64,000 nucleotides of DNA from a bacterium (GTDB lineage: Bacteria; Hinthialibacterota; Hinthialibacteria; Hinthialibacterales; Hinthialibacteraceae), in the NCBI GenBank assembly GCA_963663405.2, contig CAXXSM010000023.1:1-64000 (forward strand), in the 5' to 3' direction. This document shows, piece after piece, positions 31,459-41,467 of the stretch. A program made the translations under genes and the position numbers. The first letter of the stretch is position 1. The number at the start of each line of letters is the position of its first letter. The notes below the pieces were generated by a model. It ran no database searches, was not told the DNA's origin, and was given only the letters and a program-made list of their open reading frames with translations.

Positions 31459-32967
31459 ATGAAATCCCGATGGATTTTTTTATTATTGATTGTCATCTGC
31501 TACGGATGCAGCCAGATTACGCCGGAGGAGCGGTTGCGGCAAGCCACGGATTTACTGGCGGAGAATGAGTTTGATCAAGTTCTTACGCTTCTGCACGACT
31601 CATTCGCCACCCCGACAGAAGAAGAACAACGGTGTCTCTTGCGGGGATTAACTTATACTTGGAAAGAGCAGTGGGATTTGGCGAAGGATGAATTCAACCG
31701 GGCGATCGAGCAGATCAAACCGGCGCCTGAAGTGGATTTCATCTATCCAGAAAGTTTGCGCAGCGGCCAGGCGTATGAGGAATTCCGCGATCTCCGGTTT
31801 TCCGAAGATGACATGCGATATTTGTGGCGGGTTCTGTGGCAGCGCCGAATCGCGGAGCGAGTGACAGGTGATCTCCAAGATCCGATGGAAAAAACCATCG
31901 CTCTCTGTGATTATGTTTACCGTCATATTCAATTTGGGATTATCGAGGGGGGGTACTGTTTCGATAAACCGTTTCATATTTTGATCCGTGGGCAAGGGCT
32001 TTGTGATGAATTGGCGTGGGAACTCACGCAGTTGCTACGCGCTGTGGGATTGGAAGCGCTTCGCCTTGTGTTATATCGGGATCCCAGTTTGCGCGAACAA
32101 TCCAGCCCCCATACGTTGGCAATGGTGAAGATCGGTGAATCCTGGTTACCGGTTGATCCGACGTTGGGCGTTATTTTGAAAAATGTGACTACAGGGAAAC
32201 CGGAAGGATTCCCGCAGAATTTTTTAATCGATCCAGTTCCTGAAGACGTCCAGGCGTTTGGGGATGAGAAGAAGCCGATTGACGGATTTCTGGAGGAAAT
32301 TAAATCGTTTGGACAATACGAGGAATTCGCCGACGCTTTTTATTACTCGCTTCCCGCTGTTGATTATGAAGTGGAAGCGCATACGCCCCGGTTTCTTCTT
32401 CTTGCGCAGCGCTTGAAAAGGCTTGTTGAGATTCCGGCTCTCGCGGTTCCTTTTATAACAATCGGCGCGCCGGAGTTGGATCCGGATACGAAAAAAATTA
32501 TCAATTGGGTTCCTATCCGTTTGAATTATATCTACCAGATGACGCAGGAATCGAACGCCCAGCAAAGGCAGTACACGTTTACTATATATCGATACCTTCT
32601 CCCTATTCGTGAAGCGCGATTAGCCCTGTTGGCGGGGGATTATGAGAGGGCCGAACAGTTGTTCAGCGCTGAATTCTCTAAAATTGGAATTAAGCCTCTC
32701 GCGCTGGAGGATTATGAATATTACATAGCCGTGTCCGCATATGAACAAGGCCGTTTTGAGGAAGCGGAAGACCTATTCCATTCTTTTCTTGAAAAGAATC
32801 CCCATTCCAATTGGATGAATCGCGCCTATTATCAATTGGCCCTGCTGGCTTGGATGGGAGGCGATCAGACGAAGGCCGATTCTTATGTAGAGAAATGCGG
32901 TCAAAATCATGAGGGGGGGCTTTTTCGGTGGGTTGTGAAACTTGGCCTTGTACCTGGGCGCACGTGA
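31459..32967 (+). CDS. Lipoprotein with TPR repeats and a transglutaminase-like domain
   Basis: Lipobox-like CYGC; putative Cys-His-Asp triad in GQGLCDELA, SPHTLA and VDPT; C-terminal TPR AYYQLA. Confidence 0.7.
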   Translation: MKSRWIFLLLIVICYGCSQITPEERLRQATDLLAENEFDQVLTLLHDSFATPTEEEQRCLLRGLTYTWKEQWDLAKDEFNRAIEQIKPAPEVDFIYPESLRSGQAYEEFRDLRFSEDDMRYLWRVLWQRRIAERVTGDLQDPMEKTIALCDYVYRHIQFGIIEGGYCFDKPFHILIRGQGLCDELAWELTQLLRAVGLEALRLVLYRDPSLREQSSPHTLAMVKIGESWLPVDPTLGVILKNVTTGKPEGFPQNFLIDPVPEDVQAFGDEKKPIDGFLEEIKSFGQYEEFADAFYYSLPAVDYEVEAHTPRFLLLAQRLKRLVEIPALAVPFITIGAPELDPDTKKIINWVPIRLNYIYQMTQESNAQQRQYTFTIYRYLLPIREARLALLAGDYERAEQLFSAEFSKIGIKPLALEDYEYYIAVSAYEQGRFEEAEDLFHSFLEKNPHSNWMNRAYYQLALLAWMGGDQTKADSYVEKCGQNHEGGLFRWVVKLGLVPGRT

Positions 32968-33149
32968 TTGTTGGGGATTTGGTGGATTCATGCCAGGGCA
33001 GAAAAAAGCCTTGCCCTGGGCGCCCGCTTTTCGTTAAAAGTGGGAGTTAAAGGTGGGCTACGCTTCGCTTTTAGCCCACCCTACAAAGCTACAACGCTGT
33101 ATAATTACCTATCCACGACCATTTCATTGTTCCTTTCTTGGAGATGAAA

Positions 33150-33719
33150 ATGCCTATTCCTGAAAAAAAAGAGCGGTACACGTACCAAGATTACTGCGGA
33201 TGGCTGGATGAACAACGCTGGGAATTGATTGATGGCAAGCCTTATAATATGACACCTGCGCCATCGTTCCATCATCAAACGATCGTTGGGAATATATACT
33301 CGTATCTTAATTATGCGCTTAAAGGAAAGAATTGTGTACCGTCGATCGCTCCCAGCGACGTTGTTTTATCAAAGGATGATGTCGTTCAACCCGATGTGTT
33401 CGTTGTTTGTGATCCGGAAAAAATAACGAAAGAGAACGTGCAGGGGGCTCCTGATCTTATAATTGAGGTTCTCAGTCCATCGACGGCGAAAAAAGATCGA
33501 TGGGAGAAGCTGAAACTGTATGAACGATATGGCGTTATTGAATATATCCTCATTGATCCGGATGGTCAGTATGCGGAGCGCTATCTTCAAGGAGCTGGTG
33601 GGCTGTTCGATCAGAGAGAAATCTTCGATACAAACCAAAGGATTCCCTTGCGATCTATATCGGGCTTGGAACTACCGCTTTGGGAAGTTTTTGGAGAAGA
33701 ACCACCCGAAACATCATAG
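33150..33719 (+). CDS. Uma2-family (DUF820) endonuclease-like protein
   Basis: YTYQDY...RWELIDG...PAPS..HQ, VVQPDVFVVCD, GAPDLIIEVLSPST. Confidence 0.92.
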   Translation: MPIPEKKERYTYQDYCGWLDEQRWELIDGKPYNMTPAPSFHHQTIVGNIYSYLNYALKGKNCVPSIAPSDVVLSKDDVVQPDVFVVCDPEKITKENVQGAPDLIIEVLSPSTAKKDRWEKLKLYERYGVIEYILIDPDGQYAERYLQGAGGLFDQREIFDTNQRIPLRSISGLELPLWEVFGEEPPETS

Positions 33720-33793
33720 ATGGGAGTTTTTGTGTGTAAGAGGCGTCTTGCGCTGTGCTTTTAGTAAAAGGTGGGCTACGTTGCGCTTTTATC

Positions 33794-35188
33794 TCACCCT
33801 ACAAAGCTATTTAGATATTTCTCCAACATGGTGTAACCATCGTCAGCCACCTTATTTCTATCAGAAGCATCATCGGGATTCAAACCATTCTTCTTTTCCC
33901 AACTATCGGGCATACCATCATGGTCGGAGTCGGTTGGCGCTGATGCGCTTTTTAATTCAGGCCAGCCGCCAACATCATTCTGAGAATCAATAATGCCGCT
34001 CTTTTTTGATTGATCTTGCATCGCATTTTTTTGTTTGTAATTTGGTCCTTCATAGGTTGCAAACTCGTTTCGAACTTCTTCAATTATGCGTGTATCAACC
34101 GCATCGCGTTTGGGTAAAGTCGCGCCTGCATTTTCAAGAACGGATAAATAGGCTTCCTCCGCTGTTTGTTGGTTAATGGGCATGGATGGCCAAGGTTCAT
34201 CCATCTTGAATTTGCTAACTGAATCTACAGGTTGTATACCGCCATCCCAATTATTGGCCGAAACGGCGGTATTACCCTCAACTACATTATCAGCAATATA
34301 CCATCGTCCAGCGTCAGCGGCTCCATTGCGTGTCGAAGGGGCTGCTATACGCTGCAAGGTTTCTCCCGGGCGGGTTGCAGGACCGGGTTTATAATAATTG
34401 CCAACCATATTGATCCTGGTGAAATTAAATTTGGGATTCCCTTTTTGCTGTTTTTCACCTCCATAACAACTTTGATATCCCCAATTGTATAACACATTAT
34501 TACGATAATCCGTATTTCCGCATCCCGAAGCGAAACGGGGATTGCGACTTGAGTGATGCGCTATAAGGTTATGATGGTAGGTGCTGTTGTTTGATCCCCA
34601 AATCCCTCCAAATCCATGATGACCTTTGACATGGTTGGATTGATATAAGCTTTCCGCAATCAAACACCATTGAACCGTTACGTTCTCATTATGATAAACG
34701 GACATTGTCTCATCAACACTCCAACTGGCCGATACATGATCAAGGATTAGGTTTTTGTTGTATCTACTTGAAACGGCATCTGCATCTACGCCCGATTCAT
34801 CGCCTAACCGTACTCGTATATACCGAATGATGACTTCATCGGTTCCAATTGATAATGGGTAGCGTTTAATGCAAATTCCATCTCCTGGAGCCGTTTGTCC
34901 GGCTATAGTGATATACGGATTGCGAATCGTTAAATTACTTTTTAGGTCTATCGTGCCTGAGATCCTAAAAACAACGGTTCGCGGCCCTTCCGCTTCAACT
35001 GCGGCGCGAAGGCTTCCTTCACTGGAATCATTCAAGTTCGTCACTTCATAAACTTTGCCACCTCTTCCACCAACCGTATATTTTCCATACCCTTCAGCGC
35101 CAGGGAACGCAAGTTGCTTCTGTGCAAAACTGGTTGCAGACCAGAAACAGATAATGATTAGTAATCCTGTTTTATAATATGGATACAT
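33794..35188 (-). CDS. Pectate lyase (PL1 family)
   Basis: LAFPGAEGYG, GGRGGKVYEVTNL, TIAGQTAPGDGI, DHVSASWSVDE, RNPR. Confidence 0.9.
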   Translation of the reverse strand: MYPYYKTGLLIIICFWSATSFAQKQLAFPGAEGYGKYTVGGRGGKVYEVTNLNDSSEGSLRAAVEAEGPRTVVFRISGTIDLKSNLTIRNPYITIAGQTAPGDGICIKRYPLSIGTDEVIIRYIRVRLGDESGVDADAVSSRYNKNLILDHVSASWSVDETMSVYHNENVTVQWCLIAESLYQSNHVKGHHGFGGIWGSNNSTYHHNLIAHHSSRNPRFASGCGNTDYRNNVLYNWGYQSCYGGEKQQKGNPKFNFTRINMVGNYYKPGPATRPGETLQRIAAPSTRNGAADAGRWYIADNVVEGNTAVSANNWDGGIQPVDSVSKFKMDEPWPSMPINQQTAEEAYLSVLENAGATLPKRDAVDTRIIEEVRNEFATYEGPNYKQKNAMQDQSKKSGIIDSQNDVGGWPELKSASAPTDSDHDGMPDSWEKKNGLNPDDASDRNKVADDGYTMLEKYLNSFVG

Positions 35189-35236
35189 AATAATCCTCCA
35201 ACTATTAGTTTATTTGTTCTTAAAAAGCGATTAATA

Positions 35237-36703
35237 CTACTCTATTTCGACAACGACTCTCTGGTATCTCGTTAATGGTGGGGCGCCGTTATCCGTTACT
35301 TCACAAATGATATGGATGGTTTTTCCTTTTGGGGCATCGCTTGGCACAGTAAACAAGGCATCCTGTTTATCGACATTTTTTATCTCGATGTCGCCATCAT
35401 AAGTGTCTGCCTCTCCATACCGCCACCAGCGGTAAGTCAATTTGTCTGCATCCGGATCAGTTGTTCCTTCTGCACTGAATTTCACTTTTACTCCCGGCTT
35501 GACTTGAAGATCATTCGCATGAGTAAGTTTGACGACTGGAGGATGATTGGCGTCTTCATAGGATTTTACACACCAGTCTGCCCGCGCCGCGAAATCATTC
35601 TGAATTACATCAATCCAGCGCCACTGAGGTTTGAGATACGCAGTGAGTTTCTCATCGTTCGGGATATCCTCCTTCACACGCTTGCGCCCCCACGCCGAAC
35701 TTCCATACCAACGGCCTGTTGGATACTCGTACCCAGGTTCCTGTACAGGATCGAGCCATGTGTTATCGCGTACATTAACAAAACGGCCACCCCAACCGCC
35801 CCAGCCTGGCGATTCCGCGCTGCGCAAGCCAGTCGGTATGACGTGCAGAAACGAAGGCGAGTCACCCTCGGACCGGAAACGCCCACCATCGTGCGCTTTG
35901 TACAAGGCAAGCAGAGGACCGTGGTCCTGCAGGAGATTTTGGTTCATCCATTTCGCGGAATAGTAACGCTTCATTTCCTGAGAGATCTCCCTCCTCTGAT
36001 GGTCGTACGCCATAGCGATGAACTGGTCGGAAATGATGGTGGGAATGTTGTACTGTCCCCAGTTTGGACGGATATAGTCTTGGTAAGTCGAATCCTGTTC
36101 CCAAATAAAATAGAATCGTATCTTGTTCGCCACATAGACCATTTTTTCCGGGTGTTCTTCTTCAATGGTTTTGAGGGCTCTAGCGATTGTGTTAGGACCT
36201 CCCCAGGCTTGTAGCCAGATGGGGCGGTCATCCGATTCATCCAATAAGACTTTGGCTATATGCTGTGAACCAGGAGTGATTTCATCCATCTCTCCCTCTG
36301 ATTTCACATTCCCTAAAAATGTGCGTTCTTGCAGATACTCCGGTGTGGGATACCGGCTGTCATGCTTCACTAAATTTGGATAGACCTTTTTATAAGCACT
36401 CAAGTAAGGTTGAATCCAATCATCCCCAACCCAATTGTGTCCATGCGAATGATATTGAGAACTCGAAGTGACAATCCCTTCGATATCCCATTCATTGGCA
36501 TAAAGTAAAAACCGGACCATAGAACACTCGTCATCGATTTCACCGTCACTTGTAACGATCACTCGTGGCTTCTTAGCTGTGGCAGTATTGTGACAAACGT
36601 CTATTAAGACAGCAACCAGAAAAAATAGTAATACACTCATTTTATATAAAAATGAGTTTCTAAGGTTTACTCGTTTAAGATTTCTCTCGCAACTCATTAT
36701 CAT
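35237..36703 (-). CDS. DUF1593 / nucleoside hydrolase-like domain protein
   Basis: PRVIVTSDGEIDD..SMVRFLLYANE, WGGPNT, EGDSPSF, GWGGWGGRF, NDFAARADWC, LTRYQRV. Confidence 0.85.
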   Translation of the reverse strand: MIMSCERNLKRVNLRNSFLYKMSVLLFFLVAVLIDVCHNTATAKKPRVIVTSDGEIDDECSMVRFLLYANEWDIEGIVTSSSQYHSHGHNWVGDDWIQPYLSAYKKVYPNLVKHDSRYPTPEYLQERTFLGNVKSEGEMDEITPGSQHIAKVLLDESDDRPIWLQAWGGPNTIARALKTIEEEHPEKMVYVANKIRFYFIWEQDSTYQDYIRPNWGQYNIPTIISDQFIAMAYDHQRREISQEMKRYYSAKWMNQNLLQDHGPLLALYKAHDGGRFRSEGDSPSFLHVIPTGLRSAESPGWGGWGGRFVNVRDNTWLDPVQEPGYEYPTGRWYGSSAWGRKRVKEDIPNDEKLTAYLKPQWRWIDVIQNDFAARADWCVKSYEDANHPPVVKLTHANDLQVKPGVKVKFSAEGTTDPDADKLTYRWWRYGEADTYDGDIEIKNVDKQDALFTVPSDAPKGKTIHIICEVTDNGAPPLTRYQRVVVEIE

Positions 36704-36851
36704 TTTCTAACTCTCCACATATCTAAATTTTGATTTGATTTTATCATCGATTTTCACGCGACACTCTACGCGAATCAAGTTTCCAAAAAAACTTACGAAT
36801 TCAGGGAACGATTTCCCTGAGCAAGGATCTATGCAGCCTTAAGATCCACCC

Positions 36852-38183
36852 CTAAAATGAATTGGGATCGTATTCAGGAATGCGCATTTGTGAGCTGACG
36901 GCGGCGATTTTGTCACGGAGGCGCTCCCATGAAGAACGCATCCGCACATTGACGATCAATCCAATCCCCAACATGCACGACAACAAAAACGAGCCCCCAT
37001 AAGAAATAAATGGAAAAGGAAGACCGGTCACAGGGAGAAGCCCGGTAACCATGCCCACATTAATCGTGATATGCGTGAAAAACATCGATAGAATCCCTGT
37101 GACGATCAAGGAGCCTTCCAGCGTTTTCGAAATCACCGCGGTTTCAACTCCTCGTGTCAACAACAGAAAAAATCCTCCAAGCAGAATCGAAACCCATAAA
37201 AATCCCATCTGTTCCCCCAAAACCGAGAAGGCGAAATCGTGCTTGAATTCCGGCAGGAATTTGTATTTACTCTGCGTTCCCATGCCTACGCCCTTGCCCC
37301 AAAAGCCTCCTGATCCAAGCGCGATTTTTGATTGATCGAGATTCCAATTGCTCCCTCTAATATCCTCATCTTGCGCGAAATACGCTTCAAACCTCATCCT
37401 CGCGTGGGAGGGAACCTGATTCCAAATCGCGGGTCCGAACTCATAAATCACAACAAACAACACAATGCCAGCCGATAAAAAAGGCGCCCAGACACTCGCA
37501 GGCGTCTTTTGAAAAAGGGAGATGGCTAACAAAGCAAGCAGTATGACCAACCAGATCAAAATCCAAATGATATCATGATTGATGGCCATGAGACTCAAGG
37601 CAGGTGACACAATGAGAGCAAGATACATTCCCGGCAGTCCCGCTACGTACATCATAATCAATGTCACTGGGACAAAGACCAGCGCCGTGCCATAATCAGG
37701 CTGTTTCAAGATTAACAAAGAAGGGATAGCGCCGATCACAAGCGGTTTGATGATATCCAACAGGCCGTTCCATTCCCCCCGTTGTTTGGATAACCATTTC
37801 GCCAGAAACAAGATAGTAGCCAGTTTGGCGAATTCAGATGGCTGTACTTGAACGGATGGCAGAATCTTAATCCAAGAATCCGCCCCATGGCTACTATGTC
37901 CTAATGGTGTAAAACAGAGAAGTAGACTGAACAATCCAACAATATAAATCAATCCCGAACATCGTACCAAAAACTCAAAATCGACAAACAAGATCCCGAT
38001 CATCGCTAAAAAGCCGATTGCGGTCCACTGAATCTGCCGGACCCATTCCGTATCCGAAGGATTATCGATCGTCGCGCCGGCCAGCGCGAGGATACCGATC
38101 ACAATCAAACCGATCGTGAGTAACATGGAAAAGTAATCAATTTCAAACAGGATCTTTGTTTTTATCACGCTGATACGCCTCAA
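36852..38183 (-). CDS. rodA: Rod shape-determining protein RodA (SEDS family)
   Basis: QPSEFAK, QPDYGTA, QSKIALGSGG, PVTGLPFPFISYGGS; directly after PBP2. Confidence 0.93.
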   Translation of the reverse strand: MRRISVIKTKILFEIDYFSMLLTIGLIVIGILALAGATIDNPSDTEWVRQIQWTAIGFLAMIGILFVDFEFLVRCSGLIYIVGLFSLLLCFTPLGHSSHGADSWIKILPSVQVQPSEFAKLATILFLAKWLSKQRGEWNGLLDIIKPLVIGAIPSLLILKQPDYGTALVFVPVTLIMMYVAGLPGMYLALIVSPALSLMAINHDIIWILIWLVILLALLAISLFQKTPASVWAPFLSAGIVLFVVIYEFGPAIWNQVPSHARMRFEAYFAQDEDIRGSNWNLDQSKIALGSGGFWGKGVGMGTQSKYKFLPEFKHDFAFSVLGEQMGFLWVSILLGGFFLLLTRGVETAVISKTLEGSLIVTGILSMFFTHITINVGMVTGLLPVTGLPFPFISYGGSFLLSCMLGIGLIVNVRMRSSWERLRDKIAAVSSQMRIPEYDPNSF

Positions 38184-39963
38184 TCATTTTCATCGCCATA
38201 GGAGATGCGATTTCTCCACCGTGTCCACTATTTTCAACAAGGACCGTCACAACAATCTCCGGGTTTTCGAAAGGCCCGTAACAGACAAACCACGCGTGCG
38301 GTTCCCGGCCTCCTCCCACCTCCGCTGTGCCGGTTTTCCCCGCCAGAACGAATTCCTCGTTGCGAACCCGCCGTCCAGTGCCCCGGTCCGTGTTCACCAC
38401 TTCCCACATGGCTTTATGGCAGGTTTCCCAGGTAGATGGCTTCGCCTCGATCTTTCGCACCTCAACAGGATCAAAGGTATAGATTTCTTCCCGGTCCGTC
38501 GGGGAAACGACGCACTTGGCGACACGGGGTTGATAGAGCGCCCCATTATTGACCAATGCGCATAGACCCGTGCTGATTTGAAGCGGCGAAAGCGCGAGCG
38601 AACCTTGTCCGATTGATAGATTGATCATCTCACCCGGACTCACGGTGTTTGGTGTTGGCAATGGATAATTGAATCGTTCTCCGGGAAGATCGATCCCCGT
38701 TGGACCTTTAAACCCAAAGTTCACCAGCCAGGGGAACAAGCGGTTCATCTTTAATTCCTGCCCGACCATTTTGTAAAAATAGCAGTCACAGGACAATTGC
38801 ACGGCCTGGATCATATTCATGGCTCCGTGCCCCCGGTGGTAATCATGCCAAATGTGACACTTCTTATCCTGGCCGTAGATTAAAACATGACCGGGGCAGT
38901 AGACTGTCGCGGAAACCGGCGTATTCAATTCTTCCAGCAATGCGGCGCAGTAAAACGGTTTCATGATGGAACCGGGAGCGTATTGACTCCGTATCGCCCG
39001 GTGATAGAGAGGATTGTCGCGATCGAAATTGTACTCCCGGAACTTTTCGTTGTAGAGATTGGGATCAAACCGGGGGCTGGAGGCGAGAACGAGGATGGAA
39101 TTATCGTTCGGATCAGCGACAATAATAGCCCCTCGCGAAGCGCCCAGAATGTTCTCCGCTTCCCGCTGCAAATTCGCGTCTATCGAGAGCATGATATTCA
39201 TTCCAGGGATAGAGGGTTCAATCTCCCACGCCTGCCCATGTTGAATCTGCGATTTATCGACCATCACCCGGTTCAATCCATCTTTGCCCCGGAGATAGGA
39301 TTCGTATTGTTTCTCGATTCCGCTTTTCCCAATGACGTCATTTTGTGTATACCCCAATTCCTTTCTCGTCTCTAACTCGTGGAAATTGATCGGACCCGCG
39401 CGGCCAATGACGTGAGCCGCGAGTGATCCGTTGGGGTACTTGCGTTTATAGACTTTCCGGTAAAACACCATCGCCTCAATTGGGAATTCAACGCGCCGTT
39501 CCCGTACCGCCACATAACGGTTGTAATCAATCTGTTTCGCGACAGGAACACGAAAATGCTTGTACCGGTAATCCGGATTATTGACCTTATAATTCCGCTT
39601 CAACGTATCCGTTGGCATTTCGAGAATTTCGGAAAGAAGCTGGATGGATTTTTCGATAGTCTCGTCAACACAGCGCGTGGCGTCTTTTATCCGGATCGGG
39701 AGATAGATATCCCAATACGGTTCATCCATCGCCAGAATTTCGCCGTCCCGGTCGAGGATTTTTCCTCTCATGCTCTGGATAGGAACGTTTCTGAAATAAT
39801 TCCGCTCCGCTCTCTCCTTATAAAAGGATTGCTGCAAAATCTGGATCGACCAAAGCCGGGAAATAAGAATCGCGAAGACGGTCATGCAGAACAAGAGAAA
39901 GACTTGCAGCCGGCGATCAATGGTTTTGGGTTTCGGTGTGAGCAGTGATTTAGATTGCATCAT
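38143..39963 (-). CDS. mrdA: Penicillin-binding protein 2
   Basis: RGKILDRDG, GKSGIEK, SxxK (PGSIMKP), KTGTAE; within the mre operon. Confidence 0.93.
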   Translation of the reverse strand: MMQSKSLLTPKPKTIDRRLQVFLLFCMTVFAILISRLWSIQILQQSFYKERAERNYFRNVPIQSMRGKILDRDGEILAMDEPYWDIYLPIRIKDATRCVDETIEKSIQLLSEILEMPTDTLKRNYKVNNPDYRYKHFRVPVAKQIDYNRYVAVRERRVEFPIEAMVFYRKVYKRKYPNGSLAAHVIGRAGPINFHELETRKELGYTQNDVIGKSGIEKQYESYLRGKDGLNRVMVDKSQIQHGQAWEIEPSIPGMNIMLSIDANLQREAENILGASRGAIIVADPNDNSILVLASSPRFDPNLYNEKFREYNFDRDNPLYHRAIRSQYAPGSIMKPFYCAALLEELNTPVSATVYCPGHVLIYGQDKKCHIWHDYHRGHGAMNMIQAVQLSCDCYFYKMVGQELKMNRLFPWLVNFGFKGPTGIDLPGERFNYPLPTPNTVSPGEMINLSIGQGSLALSPLQISTGLCALVNNGALYQPRVAKCVVSPTDREEIYTFDPVEVRKIEAKPSTWETCHKAMWEVVNTDRGTGRRVRNEEFVLAGKTGTAEVGGGREPHAWFVCYGPFENPEIVVTVLVENSGHGGEIASPMAMKMIEAYQRDKNKDPV

Positions 39964-39964
39964 C

Positions 39965-40471
39965 TTACGCGTTCCGTCCTCCCCACAAGGTTTCGACGTC
40001 CCGCTCAGGCAGCTGAATTGGAGGAGAGGACCAGGGGAACAGATAGAAACAAATCCCGGCGACAATCGCGCCGGCGAGTATATACGCTTCCATCTGCTGA
40101 ATGGAAACACCCGTATTGAAATTCGACAACCAGAAAATCACCTCGCCAAACCGGACAAGGCCACAGAGGAGCATCCCAATAAATAACCGGGAAATGGAAA
40201 ACTGCGCCCAGAACAAAACCCGAATCCGGGCGACGATCATCACCATTAGCAAATAAAGACAGGAGTGCATCCCCATCAGATCCACATTAACCGCGTCCCA
40301 AAAGATCCCCATAATGAACGCCAGCAGATACGCCTCCCCCATAGGACGGGTTAAAGCGGAATAAATCACCGCCAACAACACAATATCCGGAGTCCAGATT
40401 CCCCAATTGAAGAAAATCCGGATCGAAAGATCCCCCAAAAAAATTCCCGTCATTTGCAGCCAGTATTTCAT
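39965..40471 (-). CDS. mreD: Rod shape-determining protein MreD
   Basis: 168-aa hydrophobic protein with PDIVLL and AFIMGIFWD; directly before mrdA. Confidence 0.8.
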   Translation of the reverse strand: MKYWLQMTGIFLGDLSIRIFFNWGIWTPDIVLLAVIYSALTRPMGEAYLLAFIMGIFWDAVNVDLMGMHSCLYLLMVMIVARIRVLFWAQFSISRLFIGMLLCGLVRFGEVIFWLSNFNTGVSIQQMEAYILAGAIVAGICFYLFPWSSPPIQLPERDVETLWGGRNA

Positions 40472-40573
40472 TGTGATTTCTATATTGTTGAACTGTGTGG
40501 TTTAACTATTTGTCTATTCAAAATATACCAACGTTTCATCCTGCGGGAACCGTTTTGTTTCACAATCTGAAGT

Positions 40574-41467
40574 CTAAGATTGAATTCGCTTCAACAATAA
40601 ATTGTGTAGTTCCCTGAAATCATTTGGTGCTTGATTGAGAGGTTTTCTCATCAGATCTTTGAGAATCTCACGCCTTTTATCGATCCCTTGCAGTATATTT
40701 CCTTTTGCGTCTTTGATTTCGAAATAACTGTTAACAATTGAATTTACTATTTCTTTTCCACTCTGTAATTCCAACCATTTCCCGCATCCGAATTCAAGGA
40801 TTTCTTTACTACCAGATAATAATTCAAAGATATCATCGAATCGTTTCTCGATTTCTCTCACATCTAATTTCTTGGTTACTTTGTTTTTATAATTCGGAAA
40901 TTCACTCGCAGTGGTCAGTTTTTCAATCGCATCCTCTCGGCTTTGAAAATCTTCTAATCGCTTGAATTTCTGAATCCAATTCTCTTTGAAATCTTCCCGA
41001 ATTTCCACAATCACTTGATTGGCCGCATCGATATAAATCCGCTCCTGAAAACGGCTAAGAATCTCTTTGCGCAATTGTTCTTCTGAAATAGAACAATGTT
41101 CTGATAGAATAAGAAATTCTGGATCTAAAAAATAATTCTCAATTTCACGCCGCCGCCACACAAGAAGATTCTTCTTTGATGGATCGGGGAAATTACTCCA
41201 GCTATTTTCAATGAATTCATCAGTATGATAATCACGGTCGATTAAGAAATAATAATTCGGATGATGCTTATAAAGCGCTTCCGCTACGCTATGAATATGG
41301 AACGATGGGCCTAACGGTTTCACTTTAATGTTTATTTTTTTATCATTCAAGAATTCCTCTAAAACAACCGAATCCAAAGAATTTTCATCTTTGCCTTCCA
41401 CAAATAATACATGTTCTCCACTCTGCCTGATCGATTCCGCCCGCACCCCGGATTGAACAGCAGTCAT
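40574..41467 (-). CDS. DUF4435-like TOPRIM nuclease (AriB/OLD-TOPRIM-like)
   Basis: LFVEGKD, IDRD and REIENYFL motifs; low GC; 4-nt overlap with the upstream ATPase. Confidence 0.75.
   Translation of the reverse strand: MTAVQSGVRAESIRQSGEHVLFVEGKDENSLDSVVLEEFLNDKKINIKVKPLGPSFHIHSVAEALYKHHPNYYFLIDRDYHTDEFIENSWSNFPDPSKKNLLVWRRREIENYFLDPEFLILSEHCSISEEQLRKEILSRFQERIYIDAANQVIVEIREDFKENWIQKFKRLEDFQSREDAIEKLTTASEFPNYKNKVTKKLDVREIEKRFDDIFELLSGSKEILEFGCGKWLELQSGKEIVNSIVNSYFEIKDAKGNILQGIDKRREILKDLMRKPLNQAPNDFRELHNLLLKRIQS

Noticed and set aside
35312-36214. Long antisense ORFs (here and opposite mreB, smc and the flagellins)
   Set aside because: Shadow frames of well-supported genes on the other strand.
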